Origin: Polyangiaceae bacterium
Lineage (GTDB): Bacteria > Myxococcota_A > Polyangia > Polyangiales > Polyangiaceae
NCBI GenBank assembly: GCA_965222375.1
Contig: CBDCTZ010000011.1
Location: 192,001-256,000 of the forward strand
Direction of reading: 5' to 3'
Length of the DNA: 64,000 nt
Positions 19,123 to 28,299 of this stretch are shown in pieces. The notes beneath the pieces were generated by a model that was not told the DNA's origin, made no database searches, and worked only from the letters and a program-made list of their open reading frames with translations. The translations under genes were made by a program, and so were the position numbers. Each line of letters opens with the position of its first letter. Within the stretch, counting starts at the first letter, position 1.

Positions 19123-19983
19123 ATGGCACCTCAGCCTGCCAGCTTGAAAGTGGATGTCCCGGCGCCCGGTCAAGACCGGATGCGGCTTGGTCGTGTTGGA
19201 ATAATCACGGTCGTTGGCTTTGTGCTGGGCGTGCTGTGGCCGCGGCTGGCGGGAGTGAAACTGGTGCCAAGCGCGCCCGTGGAAGGCGTGGCGGCGATCG
19301 CCTCGGCGGAACCGGCCCTGTCTGGGGAATCCTCGGACCCACCGGCGGCAGCGGTCGTTCCCGTGGAGGGGGAGCCCAAGCCCGACGAGGCGCTACTGCG
19401 GCTGAAGATCGGGAAGTCGCAGGTGACCAGCTGTCGCGATGGTGAGGGCAAGCGTCAAATCCACTGTGACGAGCTCGACCTCACGGCGCCATTGAGCGAC
19501 AAGCTGAAGATGCTCGCCCTGTGCCCTGGCACGGACAAGGCGCGAGGGACCCTCTCACTTGGTTTGGAGCTGGACCTGCCCAAAAAGAAGGTCCTGGAGA
19601 TCAAGAAGGGCAAGAGCACCACTATCGCCGACGATGCCACCCAGGCGTTCTTGGAGTGTGCGAAAAAGGACGTGTTGGGCGCTTCCTTGGAGGGCGTGAA
19701 GTACACCCGAGCTCGCTATACCGTCTTCTTCCTCTTGGACGTCGTGCCGAAGGGTGAGAACGCGAACAAGCCCGAGCCCAAGCCCGAGGAAGCAAGCGGG
19801 CGCGCTACCGTGAGCTGGGAGGTTGCACTGATTCGCGACGCACCCAAGGACGGCGCAATTGTCGCACGTGTACTGATGGGCACGAACGTCGTCGTGACCG
19901 GTCGTCAGAGGGACTGGTACAAGGTCAAGTACGACGCCAAGGGTAATGAGGGCTGGGTCTTCAAGACCGCCATTGGTCTGTAG
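19123..19983 (+). CDS. Membrane-anchored protein with C-terminal SH3-like domain
   Basis: TM segment IITVVGFVLGVLW; C-terminal ALIRDAP...DWYKVKY...GWV. Confidence 0.75.
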   Translation: MAPQPASLKVDVPAPGQDRMRLGRVGIITVVGFVLGVLWPRLAGVKLVPSAPVEGVAAIASAEPALSGESSDPPAAAVVPVEGEPKPDEALLRLKIGKSQVTSCRDGEGKRQIHCDELDLTAPLSDKLKMLALCPGTDKARGTLSLGLELDLPKKKVLEIKKGKSTTIADDATQAFLECAKKDVLGASLEGVKYTRARYTVFFLLDVVPKGENANKPEPKPEEASGRATVSWEVALIRDAPKDGAIVARVLMGTNVVVTGRQRDWYKVKYDAKGNEGWVFKTAIGL

Positions 19984-20716
19984 GCGCCAGCCGCGCCGAC
20001 TCCTGACCGCAGCCGGCGGTTGGGCCGTAGCCCTTGGGATGACTACGCCGACGGCGGCCGAGGACTTGGTGGTGGCGACGGATGCCGCTCAAGACGAAGA
20101 GCAGCAAGCCGCCCTGGCGCATGGAGTCGAGCCAGCAGAGGACGGCGACGACGAGAACCGCGATCCTGACATGCTGTTCACGGCGGCCGCGGGCGCTGGC
20201 GTTCGGGGCAGCCTGGGACGCGTGTACACGCGCGGCGTCGACCCGGGGTGGTACGGGCGCCTCGAGCTTGCCGCTTACTCCGCCAGCGCGTTCGAAGGGG
20301 CAGGAGCGATCGCCGGCGCCTTGATTGGAGGCGAGTTCTGGTCCGCGCCGGGCGCCAGGGGAGGCGGTCTGCCCATGGGGTTTTACCTCGGTGCGCGATC
20401 GCCTCATGTCATGAGCACCCTTGGAGGTGGTTTCCAGATGTTCATTGTCGACGACGTTGACGACGACGGTGGCTTCGGCGTCTACGTTCCGTATGCGTCG
20501 TTTACCCTGGGCGTCGAGGCCGCCGGCATGCGCGTCCTGGCCGAGGGGCGCGCCCAGTTCCGCTGGCAGTGGGGTGCCGACGACCGCGGGCAGCTACAGT
20601 TTGGCCTGAGCATAGCTCACGTTTGGGAATCTTCCGTCAAGTCGCGTCGGCAAGGGCGACCCCGGAGCCGGGGGCCTGCGGTGGCAAAAGATGCTAGATG
20701 TCGGGGGCTGCCTTGA
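19946..20716 (+). CDS. Hypothetical protein, possible small outer-membrane beta-barrel (start uncertain)
   Basis: Alternating Gly/aromatic strands, e.g. QFRWQW, LQFGLSI. Confidence 0.5.
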   Translation: MRAGSSRPPLVCRRQPRRLLTAAGGWAVALGMTTPTAAEDLVVATDAAQDEEQQAALAHGVEPAEDGDDENRDPDMLFTAAAGAGVRGSLGRVYTRGVDPGWYGRLELAAYSASAFEGAGAIAGALIGGEFWSAPGARGGGLPMGFYLGARSPHVMSTLGGGFQMFIVDDVDDDGGFGVYVPYASFTLGVEAAGMRVLAEGRAQFRWQWGADDRGQLQFGLSIAHVWESSVKSRRQGRPRSRGPAVAKDARCRGLP

Positions 20717-21087
20717 ACACCGACAAGCCGGACAAGCCCGAGAAGAAGACCGAAGAGTTGAGGGACGCCGCGCCGGCGAAAGAAGACGTGGTCGTGATCG
20801 GTCCCCCCACTCCCGACGGAGCTGGGGCCACTGTGCTGCGCCTGCGGGAAGGGCGGATGGAGGCCGGGCAAATCCGCTCTTTGGAACAGGGCAAGCCCAT
20901 CGTAGGGGAGGTGGTCACGCTTCGCCCGCGCAAGGAGGCGCCGAATGTGTGCGACGTTGAGGTCGAGCACGACGTCAGTCCGCCAAAGCGGGAAACCAAC
21001 CGCCCAGCCCAGGTGGCGAACGCCAACTACCGCGAAAACTGGGACGTCATCTGGAAACGGCGTGATCCCGAGCAGCTCCCGAACTAG
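20698..21087 (+). CDS. Hypothetical protein
   Basis: 129-aa ORF with plausible globular composition, ending PAQVANANYRENWDVIW. Confidence 0.65.
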   Translation: MSGAALNTDKPDKPEKKTEELRDAAPAKEDVVVIGPPTPDGAGATVLRLREGRMEAGQIRSLEQGKPIVGEVVTLRPRKEAPNVCDVEVEHDVSPPKRETNRPAQVANANYRENWDVIWKRRDPEQLPN

Positions 21088-21096
21088 CGCCCGCGC

Positions 21097-23280
21097 TCAG
21101 AACGGAGCGAGCAGATCCGTGACCTTGCTCTTCGCGATCGCGAAGGTCGCCCTCACTCCTTTGACACGCGCATAGTGCACCGCGGTCTCCCGCCAGGTAT
21201 CAGCGGCGCCGATCCGAAACTCCTGTGGGCCGCCGACTTCCCGCTCGACTTTCACGTGCAGAACGGGCTTTCCGAGCCCTTCTCCCGGTTTAGCCGCGCC
21301 CAGGTGCACTGCGCCCTCCGCCCGCAGAGAGGACATGGCCTCGACCAGGCGACGCATGGCCGTGTCCGTCAACTTGGCGGTCTCCGGGTCTTTGGCGACG
21401 AAGCTACGCCCGCGCCTCAGCAGCACAATCTCTTTGCCGTCGTGCTTCAGGCTGATCTGGGACGTGTTGGCCGCGTTGAGCATGAAGTTGCCCCGGTCGA
21501 TGACCCAACGGGAGAGCGCTCTCACCACGCGGCGCGAGACCACGAATACGCCCGGCTCCCCGAGTAGTTTGGCGTACGCGCCCCCACTCACCAATGTACC
21601 AACCAGGACTTCATGACTGCGGGGTCCGGCATCGTGAGCGACCTCGATCTTCAGCCGTGCCGCTGGCTTGTCGAAACCAAAGCTGCCGTCGTCCTGGTCC
21701 GCCACCCATCTCTCTGCGCTCAATCCGACGATCAGATCAACCAGTTCGACGCAGAGGGCGGCGTCGTGGGAGTAGCCCTTGGGTTCGACGAGCTCGAAGC
21801 TTCCAGACGGGTGGCGCAAGAACTTCTGCTTGGTGCCCGTTCCAGAAACGGCCACAGACTGAATCTCCGCGGGCTTCAACTTCAAGACGCTGGGACTGCG
21901 GAGCAACACTGCGCTCGGCGCGAAGGCGCGGGCGGCGTCTCGGGACAAAGCCAAAACTGCGCCGTCTTGCTTGCGTCGCACGTGTAGCGTCCCGTCTTTG
22001 CCGAGCCGCCCCAACTCTATCTTTTCCTCCGTGGCCGCGGAGTCACTGGCAACCACCTTGAAGCTGAGCTCGCCCGTGGGTGGCGCTAGGCCCAGGGAGG
22101 CAAGATCCGCGTCCGGCACCAAAGAGCCGGAGGCATCTACTAGGCTGGAAACGAAGGCGTTACCGGCCTCGAGACCCACCTCGCCGGAGACCGGCTTGAC
22201 TAGGCGAAAGCCGGCTTCTTTGCGGTTGAGCTCGAGCTTCTTGTCACCCACGCGCAGCGTAACGGACTCGATCTCGTCTTTGCGAGCGCCGCCCACGGTG
22301 CTGTCCAGCAGTCGGTCTGCCGGCAGGGCGAGGGGTTCCAGGACGCTCTTGGGCACACAAGCAGCGACGGGATCCGGAGCGCGCCGGATCGCAACCGTGT
22401 CGTTCTTGCTCTTTGGGCATTGGCCCCCAACTTCCACGATCCCGGTTGCGTCGCCTTTGGTCTTTGGGAACATGCTGATCTTGATCTTCTCCGAGCCAAG
22501 TGCCGCTTCAGCTTCCTTCATGTTCAAGAAATGATCTGCTGTGAGCCGGGCGAACTGCACGAGCAGTGTGTCTAGCAGGGGGCGCGAGACGCGTGTATTG
22601 CCATGCATGCCGTCGAAACGCCATCGACCGTGGGGCAGGCTCCTCAGCGCTCGCTTTCCGCCCAGACCTTCCAACACGATGCGCTCCGCTTCCGAGGAAA
22701 AGTAGGGGACGATGAGCCGCCCTCGTAGGTCCTCGAGCCCGACATCTAGTTCCTGAAACAAGTCGCGGCCGATGATGAGCACCCCGCTGCCCGGTGCACC
22801 CTCGGCGATGATTTCGGCATAGTGTGCGCCCTTGGGCTGCGCCGCCTCCTTTCCGATCGACAGCTGGAAGCGAATCTTCCCCATCTGGATCTTGAAGCGA
22901 CGAATCGGCGCATCCAGCCCGAAGGCGGCGCGGTCGACTTCTTCACTGCGAATTCTTCGAACGAAGCGGGCAAACTCGAGGGTGCCGAGTAGCTTTTGAA
23001 TCGCAAAAGGGTCGGCTTCCTCCTTGATCGGCTCCCGCAGCATCCAACTATCGTCCCCACCGTCTTGACCGCGCTCTCGTTCGAGCAGCAGGTTTCCCTT
23101 CGCCGAGTGGACCTCGACGCGCGAGATGTCCGCCTCACGAAAGGCGGAAAGCACGTTGGACTCTCGGGCTTCTCTTTCCGAGGTCGTCACGCGGTCGCTA
23201 GTGGCGAAGACGGCGATGATGGCGGCCAGGGCCAACCCGATCACCGCGATGTTGGCCCACTGTCGCTTGAGCGTGCTCAC
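21097..23280 (-). CDS. DUF4340-like repeat protein (partner of Gld-type ABC systems)
   Basis: N-terminal TM; repeated FGLDAP/LGLAPP/FGFDKP/GLGKP units; last gene of an overlapping ABC operon. Confidence 0.8.
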   Translation of the reverse strand: MSTLKRQWANIAVIGLALAAIIAVFATSDRVTTSEREARESNVLSAFREADISRVEVHSAKGNLLLERERGQDGGDDSWMLREPIKEEADPFAIQKLLGTLEFARFVRRIRSEEVDRAAFGLDAPIRRFKIQMGKIRFQLSIGKEAAQPKGAHYAEIIAEGAPGSGVLIIGRDLFQELDVGLEDLRGRLIVPYFSSEAERIVLEGLGGKRALRSLPHGRWRFDGMHGNTRVSRPLLDTLLVQFARLTADHFLNMKEAEAALGSEKIKISMFPKTKGDATGIVEVGGQCPKSKNDTVAIRRAPDPVAACVPKSVLEPLALPADRLLDSTVGGARKDEIESVTLRVGDKKLELNRKEAGFRLVKPVSGEVGLEAGNAFVSSLVDASGSLVPDADLASLGLAPPTGELSFKVVASDSAATEEKIELGRLGKDGTLHVRRKQDGAVLALSRDAARAFAPSAVLLRSPSVLKLKPAEIQSVAVSGTGTKQKFLRHPSGSFELVEPKGYSHDAALCVELVDLIVGLSAERWVADQDDGSFGFDKPAARLKIEVAHDAGPRSHEVLVGTLVSGGAYAKLLGEPGVFVVSRRVVRALSRWVIDRGNFMLNAANTSQISLKHDGKEIVLLRRGRSFVAKDPETAKLTDTAMRRLVEAMSSLRAEGAVHLGAAKPGEGLGKPVLHVKVEREVGGPQEFRIGAADTWRETAVHYARVKGVRATFAIAKSKVTDLLAPF

Positions 23281-25169
23281 GAGTCATCCCCGCTATCGGG
23301 TGCCTTGGCTCCGGAGCTCTTCTTGCTCTCGTCTTCCTCGTCGTTCCTGTCGTCCTTGTCGTCTTCGCTCGAGTCGGGGCTGCTATCTGCGCCGTCGTGC
23401 TTGTCGTGCTTGTCGTGCTTGTCGTGCTTGTCGTGCTTGTCGTGCTTGTCGTGCTTGTCGTGCTTGTCGTGCTTGTCGTGCTTGTCGTGCTTGTCGTGCT
23501 TGTCGTGCTTGTCGTGCTTGTCGTGCTTGTCGTGCTTGTCGTCCTTGGTAGCGCCTTCGGAGTCCGTGCTCGCATCCTCCGGCTCCTCCTCTTTCCGCGA
23601 AACGCGTTTCTTCGATCCCGCGCGCTGCTTTTCCTTGTCGCCGCTCTCGGAGCGTGAACGCTTCTCTCCGGCGCGGCGACGCAGCATGACGAACACGCCG
23701 AGCAGCCCCGCGGCGCCGGGCATGAACAGCAGAACGTAGCGAAACACGTCGCCCAGGGATTCTTCAGTCAGACTGAGCCCCACATCGTGGCTCGCCTTTT
23801 CTGGAACGCTGACGATGGATGGGCGCGCCGCGAGCCAGGACAGGCTGCTCTCGATGAACAGCCGATTGCCGAGCAGCGCTGGCTCGCGGAAGTTGCGCCC
23901 CCAGACCGGGTTGGCGCTACCTACGGCGATCATGCGCGGGCCGTGGGGTGCGTCGCCGACTTTGGGCAATTCCGATGCGAAGGCCACCACGAAGGGGCCG
24001 GCAGGATCTTGCGCTGACTTTTCGGGTGGTGTGCCCTCGGCGACGAAGGGCCGAATGTCCCGCAGGGAGAAGGCCTGTGGGCTCGTGGAGAGCAGCGCGA
24101 CCGGGCGATAATCCGCGGCCTTCATGCTCTGGGTCGCACTGAGCAACACGCGAAAGCGAGGCTCTCCGTCTTTGAGCAGGCCCCGTGTCACACCGTGGGG
24201 CTTGGGGGCTGCGAAGAAGGACTCACCCAGACCCGAGGGCAGGCGAGACTTCTCGTCGCGCTCGACCACGAAGTCTGCCGCTAGCTCGATGCCAGCGCTG
24301 CGCGCAAGAGGTTCGAGGCCGGTCGGGGTGATGCGGTTCTCTTCATCCAGCACCGGGTTCGCCAGCAGGAAGAGATTCCCACCACCCTTGAAGTACGCCT
24401 GCAGGCGGTTGACTGCCTCATCCGAGAAACGAACCTCGGGGCCAGCGACGACCACGACTTGGCATTCCTTCAGGGGCCGCTCTAGCTTCGGCGCGGCCAG
24501 ATCGACGACTGCTACCTCGAAGTTGCTCTTCTCCACCCGGTAGCGCAGCTCCGCCAAGCCCGAAGGCCCGCCATCGTCGATGGAGATCTCCTGGTGGCCC
24601 GCGCTGAAACAGATCCGCGCACTTTCCCGTTCCAAGACGTTGCGGATCCCCTCGGTCAGTGCTTGCTCCAGCTTGGGCTTCGCGCGTCCGTCGTTTTCGT
24701 CGTACACGATGATGTCATCCGTGGTGACGAACCAATTGCGGGAGCCTCGAGAAACGACCATGGAGGCGTCCGTGACCACACGACCATCCTCGGTCTTGCC
24801 CGCTTGGATGCCGTACTTTCGCTGCAGCGCCAAAAACTCCGCCGGGTTACGGTCTGGGTCGACGTAGCGGGGTCGGAGCTTGTCGGTTTCCGCACCGTAG
24901 GCCGTCAGCATGTGCCGTACGCTCACGGTGAGGGGATCGCTGGCGCTCAGGAACACCACGATCTCGACGGGGTCCTCCAGGGACGCGAGGGTCTCCAAGG
25001 TTGCGTCGCTCAAGGTGTACAGCCCGCGGCTGGTCACATCCCAACGCTCATAGAAACGCGAGACCAGCACGTTCGCGGACACCCCGAGCAGAGTCGCCGC
25101 TATGACGCCGGCCGCGGACAGGGCGGCCAGCCCTCGGCCTCGCTTCTCGGGGGCGCTCACTAGCTCCAC
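23277..25169 (-). CDS. GldG-like ABC-associated protein with C-terminal (DKH)16 tail
   Basis: RWDVTSRGLYTLS..T, YVDPDRNP, FSAGHQE, VVAGP; C-terminal TM then charged tail. Confidence 0.85.
   Translation of the reverse strand: MELVSAPEKRGRGLAALSAAGVIAATLLGVSANVLVSRFYERWDVTSRGLYTLSDATLETLASLEDPVEIVVFLSASDPLTVSVRHMLTAYGAETDKLRPRYVDPDRNPAEFLALQRKYGIQAGKTEDGRVVTDASMVVSRGSRNWFVTTDDIIVYDENDGRAKPKLEQALTEGIRNVLERESARICFSAGHQEISIDDGGPSGLAELRYRVEKSNFEVAVVDLAAPKLERPLKECQVVVVAGPEVRFSDEAVNRLQAYFKGGGNLFLLANPVLDEENRITPTGLEPLARSAGIELAADFVVERDEKSRLPSGLGESFFAAPKPHGVTRGLLKDGEPRFRVLLSATQSMKAADYRPVALLSTSPQAFSLRDIRPFVAEGTPPEKSAQDPAGPFVVAFASELPKVGDAPHGPRMIAVGSANPVWGRNFREPALLGNRLFIESSLSWLAARPSIVSVPEKASHDVGLSLTEESLGDVFRYVLLFMPGAAGLLGVFVMLRRRAGEKRSRSESGDKEKQRAGSKKRVSRKEEEPEDASTDSEGATKDDKHDKHDKHDKHDKHDKHDKHDKHDKHDKHDKHDKHDKHDKHDKHDKHDGADSSPDSSEDDKDDRNDEEDESKKSSGAKAPDSGDDS
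23394..23537. repeat. Perfect 9-bp tandem repeat (GTCGTGCTT x16) encoding DKH
   Basis: Counted directly: 144 nt, no substitutions. Confidence 0.97.
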
Positions 25170-25906
25170 CTCCAGCTGTCGACCACGCGTACGGTCACGA
25201 AAAGCGGCACGACGATCAGAGATGCATCAAAAACCAGGCGGCGCAGATCGATGATGCCCTTGGACATCTCGTCCATCTGAGTGAGCACCGAGACGTGGCT
25301 CGAAATCGCGTGCACCACGCCAGGCTCGAAGATGTACTCTCCGATCCCGAGAATGAAGAAGCCGAACTGCGCCATCATGGTGAGCAAGAACGCCAGCAGC
25401 TGGCTCTTGGTCATGGCGCTCATCAGGGTACCGATGGCCAGGTAGCTGGCGCCGATGGCGACGACGCCCAGATAGCTGGAACCCACCACCGCCCAATCGA
25501 TCTGCCCTGTGTCTCGCAGGATCACGATGTACAAGACCGTCGGCGCCCACAAGGCAACGTAGGTGGTGAGCATGGCGAAGAACTTGCCGAGCACGACGCC
25601 CGTCGCCGTGACCGGCGCCGTCAGCAGCCCTTCAATGGTGCCGCTGCGCCGTTCTTCCGCGAAGGAGCGCATGGACAGCGCCGGACACACGAGCAGGAGC
25701 GAGACCAGCAAGAAGATGGATTGCCCGAAGTAGGCCTGTACGGGCCCGTTATCCATCGACGCCGACGCCACTTTGGAGATGTGCACGACGATTGTGTAGA
25801 AGCTCAGCCCTTGAACCAGCAGGAACACGACTAGCAGCACCCAGGCCAGGGGCGTGACCCACATGCTGAGCATTTCGCGACGGTAGACCGCGAATAGGCC
25901 GTTCAC
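25160..25906 (-). CDS. ABC-2 type permease (GldF-like)
   Basis: PALSMRSFAEERRSGTIEGLLTAPV...VVLGKF. Confidence 0.9.
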   Translation of the reverse strand: MNGLFAVYRREMLSMWVTPLAWVLLVVFLLVQGLSFYTIVVHISKVASASMDNGPVQAYFGQSIFLLVSLLLVCPALSMRSFAEERRSGTIEGLLTAPVTATGVVLGKFFAMLTTYVALWAPTVLYIVILRDTGQIDWAVVGSSYLGVVAIGASYLAIGTLMSAMTKSQLLAFLLTMMAQFGFFILGIGEYIFEPGVVHAISSHVSVLTQMDEMSKGIIDLRRLVFDASLIVVPLFVTVRVVDSWRWS

Positions 25907-26868
25907 GCGTCGTCCTCCGAAGCGTCTTCGACCTCTGCATGGGTCAGCTGCGCGAAGACGTCTTCCAGAGTCGCCCGCACCGGCATGGCTTCTCTCACGC
26001 CTATCGCTGCTTTGCTGAGCGCGAAGGTTGCGGCCTCGATTACATCTTGGGGTTCGGCACCTTCGGACAGCACCAGTGTGATACGGCGCAACTCACCTTC
26101 CAGCCGTTTGCCCTTGGCCCTCTCAATGCCGGGTAGTGCAGCCAGAAGTTTCTTCGCGCTGCTCGACGGGTCTCGCACGATCATTCTGACGGACGTTGCG
26201 CGGCGTCGGGAACGCAGTTCGTCGATGCTGCCCTCCGCGATCAGCTTGCCTCGGTCGATGACCAGGGCCCGGTCGCAGGTGGACTCCACCTCCGACAAGA
26301 TGTGGGTGGAGAGCAAGATGGTGTGGCTCTCGCTCAGGTCCTTGATCACGTTGCGAACTTCGCGGATTTGATTCGGATCCAACCCTGCCGTGGGTTCGTC
26401 CAGTATCAAGAGCGGTGGATTGCTCACCAGTGCGTCCGCCAGCGCAACCCGCTGTCGATAGCCCTTGGACAGGTGTGAGATGAGGGTGTCGCGCATCTCG
26501 GTGACACTCGCCAGTTCCATGGCCCGCTCGATCGCCTTGGAGCGCTCCGCTCGGGCGACCACCTTCAACCGCGCCCGGAACAGCAGGTACTCACGCACAC
26601 GCATCTCCGGGTACAGCGGCGCGGCTTCAGGCATGTAGCCCAAGCTGCGGCGAGCCTCGAGGGGTGCATTGACGACGTCGTGCCCCGCTACGGTTAGACG
26701 CCCCGAGGTCGCGCCCAAGAAGCCCGCCAGGATGCGCATGGTGGTGCTCTTGCCAGCGCCGTTGGGGCCGAGAAAGCCTACGATCTCGCCCTTCGCGACG
26801 AAGAAGCTCACGTCGCTGACGGCCACGACCGTGCCGTAGTCTTTCGTCAGCTTCTCGACCTCAATCAT
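25903..26868 (-). CDS. ABC transporter ATP-binding protein (GldA-like)
   Basis: GPNGAGKST, LSKGYRQR, LILDEPTAGLDP, STH. Confidence 0.95.
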   Translation of the reverse strand: MIEVEKLTKDYGTVVAVSDVSFFVAKGEIVGFLGPNGAGKSTTMRILAGFLGATSGRLTVAGHDVVNAPLEARRSLGYMPEAAPLYPEMRVREYLLFRARLKVVARAERSKAIERAMELASVTEMRDTLISHLSKGYRQRVALADALVSNPPLLILDEPTAGLDPNQIREVRNVIKDLSESHTILLSTHILSEVESTCDRALVIDRGKLIAEGSIDELRSRRRATSVRMIVRDPSSSAKKLLAALPGIERAKGKRLEGELRRITLVLSEGAEPQDVIEAATFALSKAAIGVREAMPVRATLEDVFAQLTHAEVEDASEDDA

Positions 26869-26964
26869 GAGCTATCCCGCGCGTTTACCACGACCGCGGC
26901 AGTGATGGGATCCATGCCGTGCCAGTGGCGAGGGCAGAGCGGGCAACCAGCTCACGCCGTGTGG

Positions 26965-28296
26965 TCACTTCTTGGCGGCTCGGCGGAAGAAGCTCTCTCC
27001 CCACCGGGAACGGCCACCCAGCGGCTCGTATACGGCCTTGTTGTGTACGAGCACGCCGCCGGCGAAGTAGGTATGCGGCGGGCTCACGCTGATGTCGTAT
27101 ACGGTCGTCGGCAACGTGAGGCGCACCGGGTGGGCGGCTGCGGTAGACCCGGATCGCAAGAGCAGCTTGGCTCCCGGCGGGACGTCGCGCGCGAGCTGCC
27201 AGCTGCCATTTGCGTAAATCGGGTGGCGTTCGGTTACTAGCAGTTCACCGAACGCCAACAACTCGTCCGCGTGGGCGCTATCAGTGCGCTGCACGTGGCT
27301 GACGCTTCGAGCATTTGCCTTCGGGTCAAAAGAAATCACTGCGTCGCCCACCTGCAACTCTTGAATGGGCACCGCACCCTTCGGCGTGGCGATTGGGGTC
27401 CCGCGCGCCACGCAGGTGAAGTGGCGAAACTGGTCAACGAGCAGCTCCTTGCCACTGGGATCGAGCTGCACTTCGACGAAGCGGGCGTGGTAGCCCGGGT
27501 TCGGTTCAGAAATCCGAAAGCGCAACCAGCGGTTGTCTTTCTCATCGTCGATCACTGCGGCGTTCGGTTTTGGAGCTGCGGACAGGCCTAGCTCCTTCTC
27601 GACCAACTTCGCTGCTGTTGTTTCGATCTCGGCGAGAGTCTTGAAGGAGTCGCCCCCGGCGACGATCTCGAAGCTGAGTGGTTTCGAACTGAGCGACAGC
27701 GTGCGTTTGTTCGTCTTCAGTTCGGCTGAGAAGGCCACGGAATACTTGCCGGGTTTGGCGAGAAGTTCCGGCACCGGAGTCTTCCAGGAAGCGGCTGTTG
27801 TGCCGGAACCGTCAAGGTGGTAGGTGGGCTGCCAGCTGGAGAGGTACAACAGAGCTCCTGGCGTGGGCGTGGACTCGAGTTCGACGCTGACCTTCTTCTC
27901 GTCGGGCGTCGTGAACTCGAATCGAAGCGTGCTGTCCTTGAACGCCAGCGTCTCGCCGGTCCAGGGATGGGGCTTACCCGGCGTGTCAGGGCGTAGTCGC
28001 AGAGCGATCCCAAGCCGGTCCTTTGGCGTGAACTTGCTGATCAACAAGCGCGCGTCCACGATCACTCCATCCTTGGCTGCCGTTGAGGACGAGTTGTCGC
28101 GGATCGCGAGGGGAGACTTGGGCCCAGGAGCCGACGGGTTGTGCGGGGACGTCGAGGTGCTCGCCTTGGTGCCTTTCTTCGAGCGGAGCTTGTTGCAGCC
28201 GGAGGAGGCTCCGAGGGTGATGCCCAGTCCCAGCGTTGCCGCTACGAACAGCGGCAATTGGCGCCGAATGCAGTGCGTAGCGTCCATGCTTCCCAT
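26965..28296 (-). CDS. Lipoprotein with C-terminal Hint (bacterial intein-like) domain
   Basis: SSGC lipobox; Hint motifs CVARGTPI, PIQELQVGD, TERHP, VYDISV...YFAGGVLVHN at 27414..27040. Confidence 0.88.
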   Translation of the reverse strand: MGSMDATHCIRRQLPLFVAATLGLGITLGASSGCNKLRSKKGTKASTSTSPHNPSAPGPKSPLAIRDNSSSTAAKDGVIVDARLLISKFTPKDRLGIALRLRPDTPGKPHPWTGETLAFKDSTLRFEFTTPDEKKVSVELESTPTPGALLYLSSWQPTYHLDGSGTTAASWKTPVPELLAKPGKYSVAFSAELKTNKRTLSLSSKPLSFEIVAGGDSFKTLAEIETTAAKLVEKELGLSAAPKPNAAVIDDEKDNRWLRFRISEPNPGYHARFVEVQLDPSGKELLVDQFRHFTCVARGTPIATPKGAVPIQELQVGDAVISFDPKANARSVSHVQRTDSAHADELLAFGELLVTERHPIYANGSWQLARDVPPGAKLLLRSGSTAAAHPVRLTLPTTVYDISVSPPHTYFAGGVLVHNKAVYEPLGGRSRWGESFFRRAAKK

Positions 28297-28299
28297 CGA

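Noticed and set aside
23394..23537. CRISPR array (also considered for 37921-38400 and 55873-56052)
   Set aside because: These are contiguous tandem repeats without unique spacers, and there are no cas genes.
22996..23739. Plus-strand ORFs with CLS, RAC or VLV repeats
   Set aside because: They are alternative-frame translations of the 9-bp repeat inside the GldG-like gene.
27040..27414. Canonical splicing intein or homing endonuclease
   Set aside because: The +1 residue is Lys, there is no endonuclease insert, and the host is not a conserved housekeeping protein.
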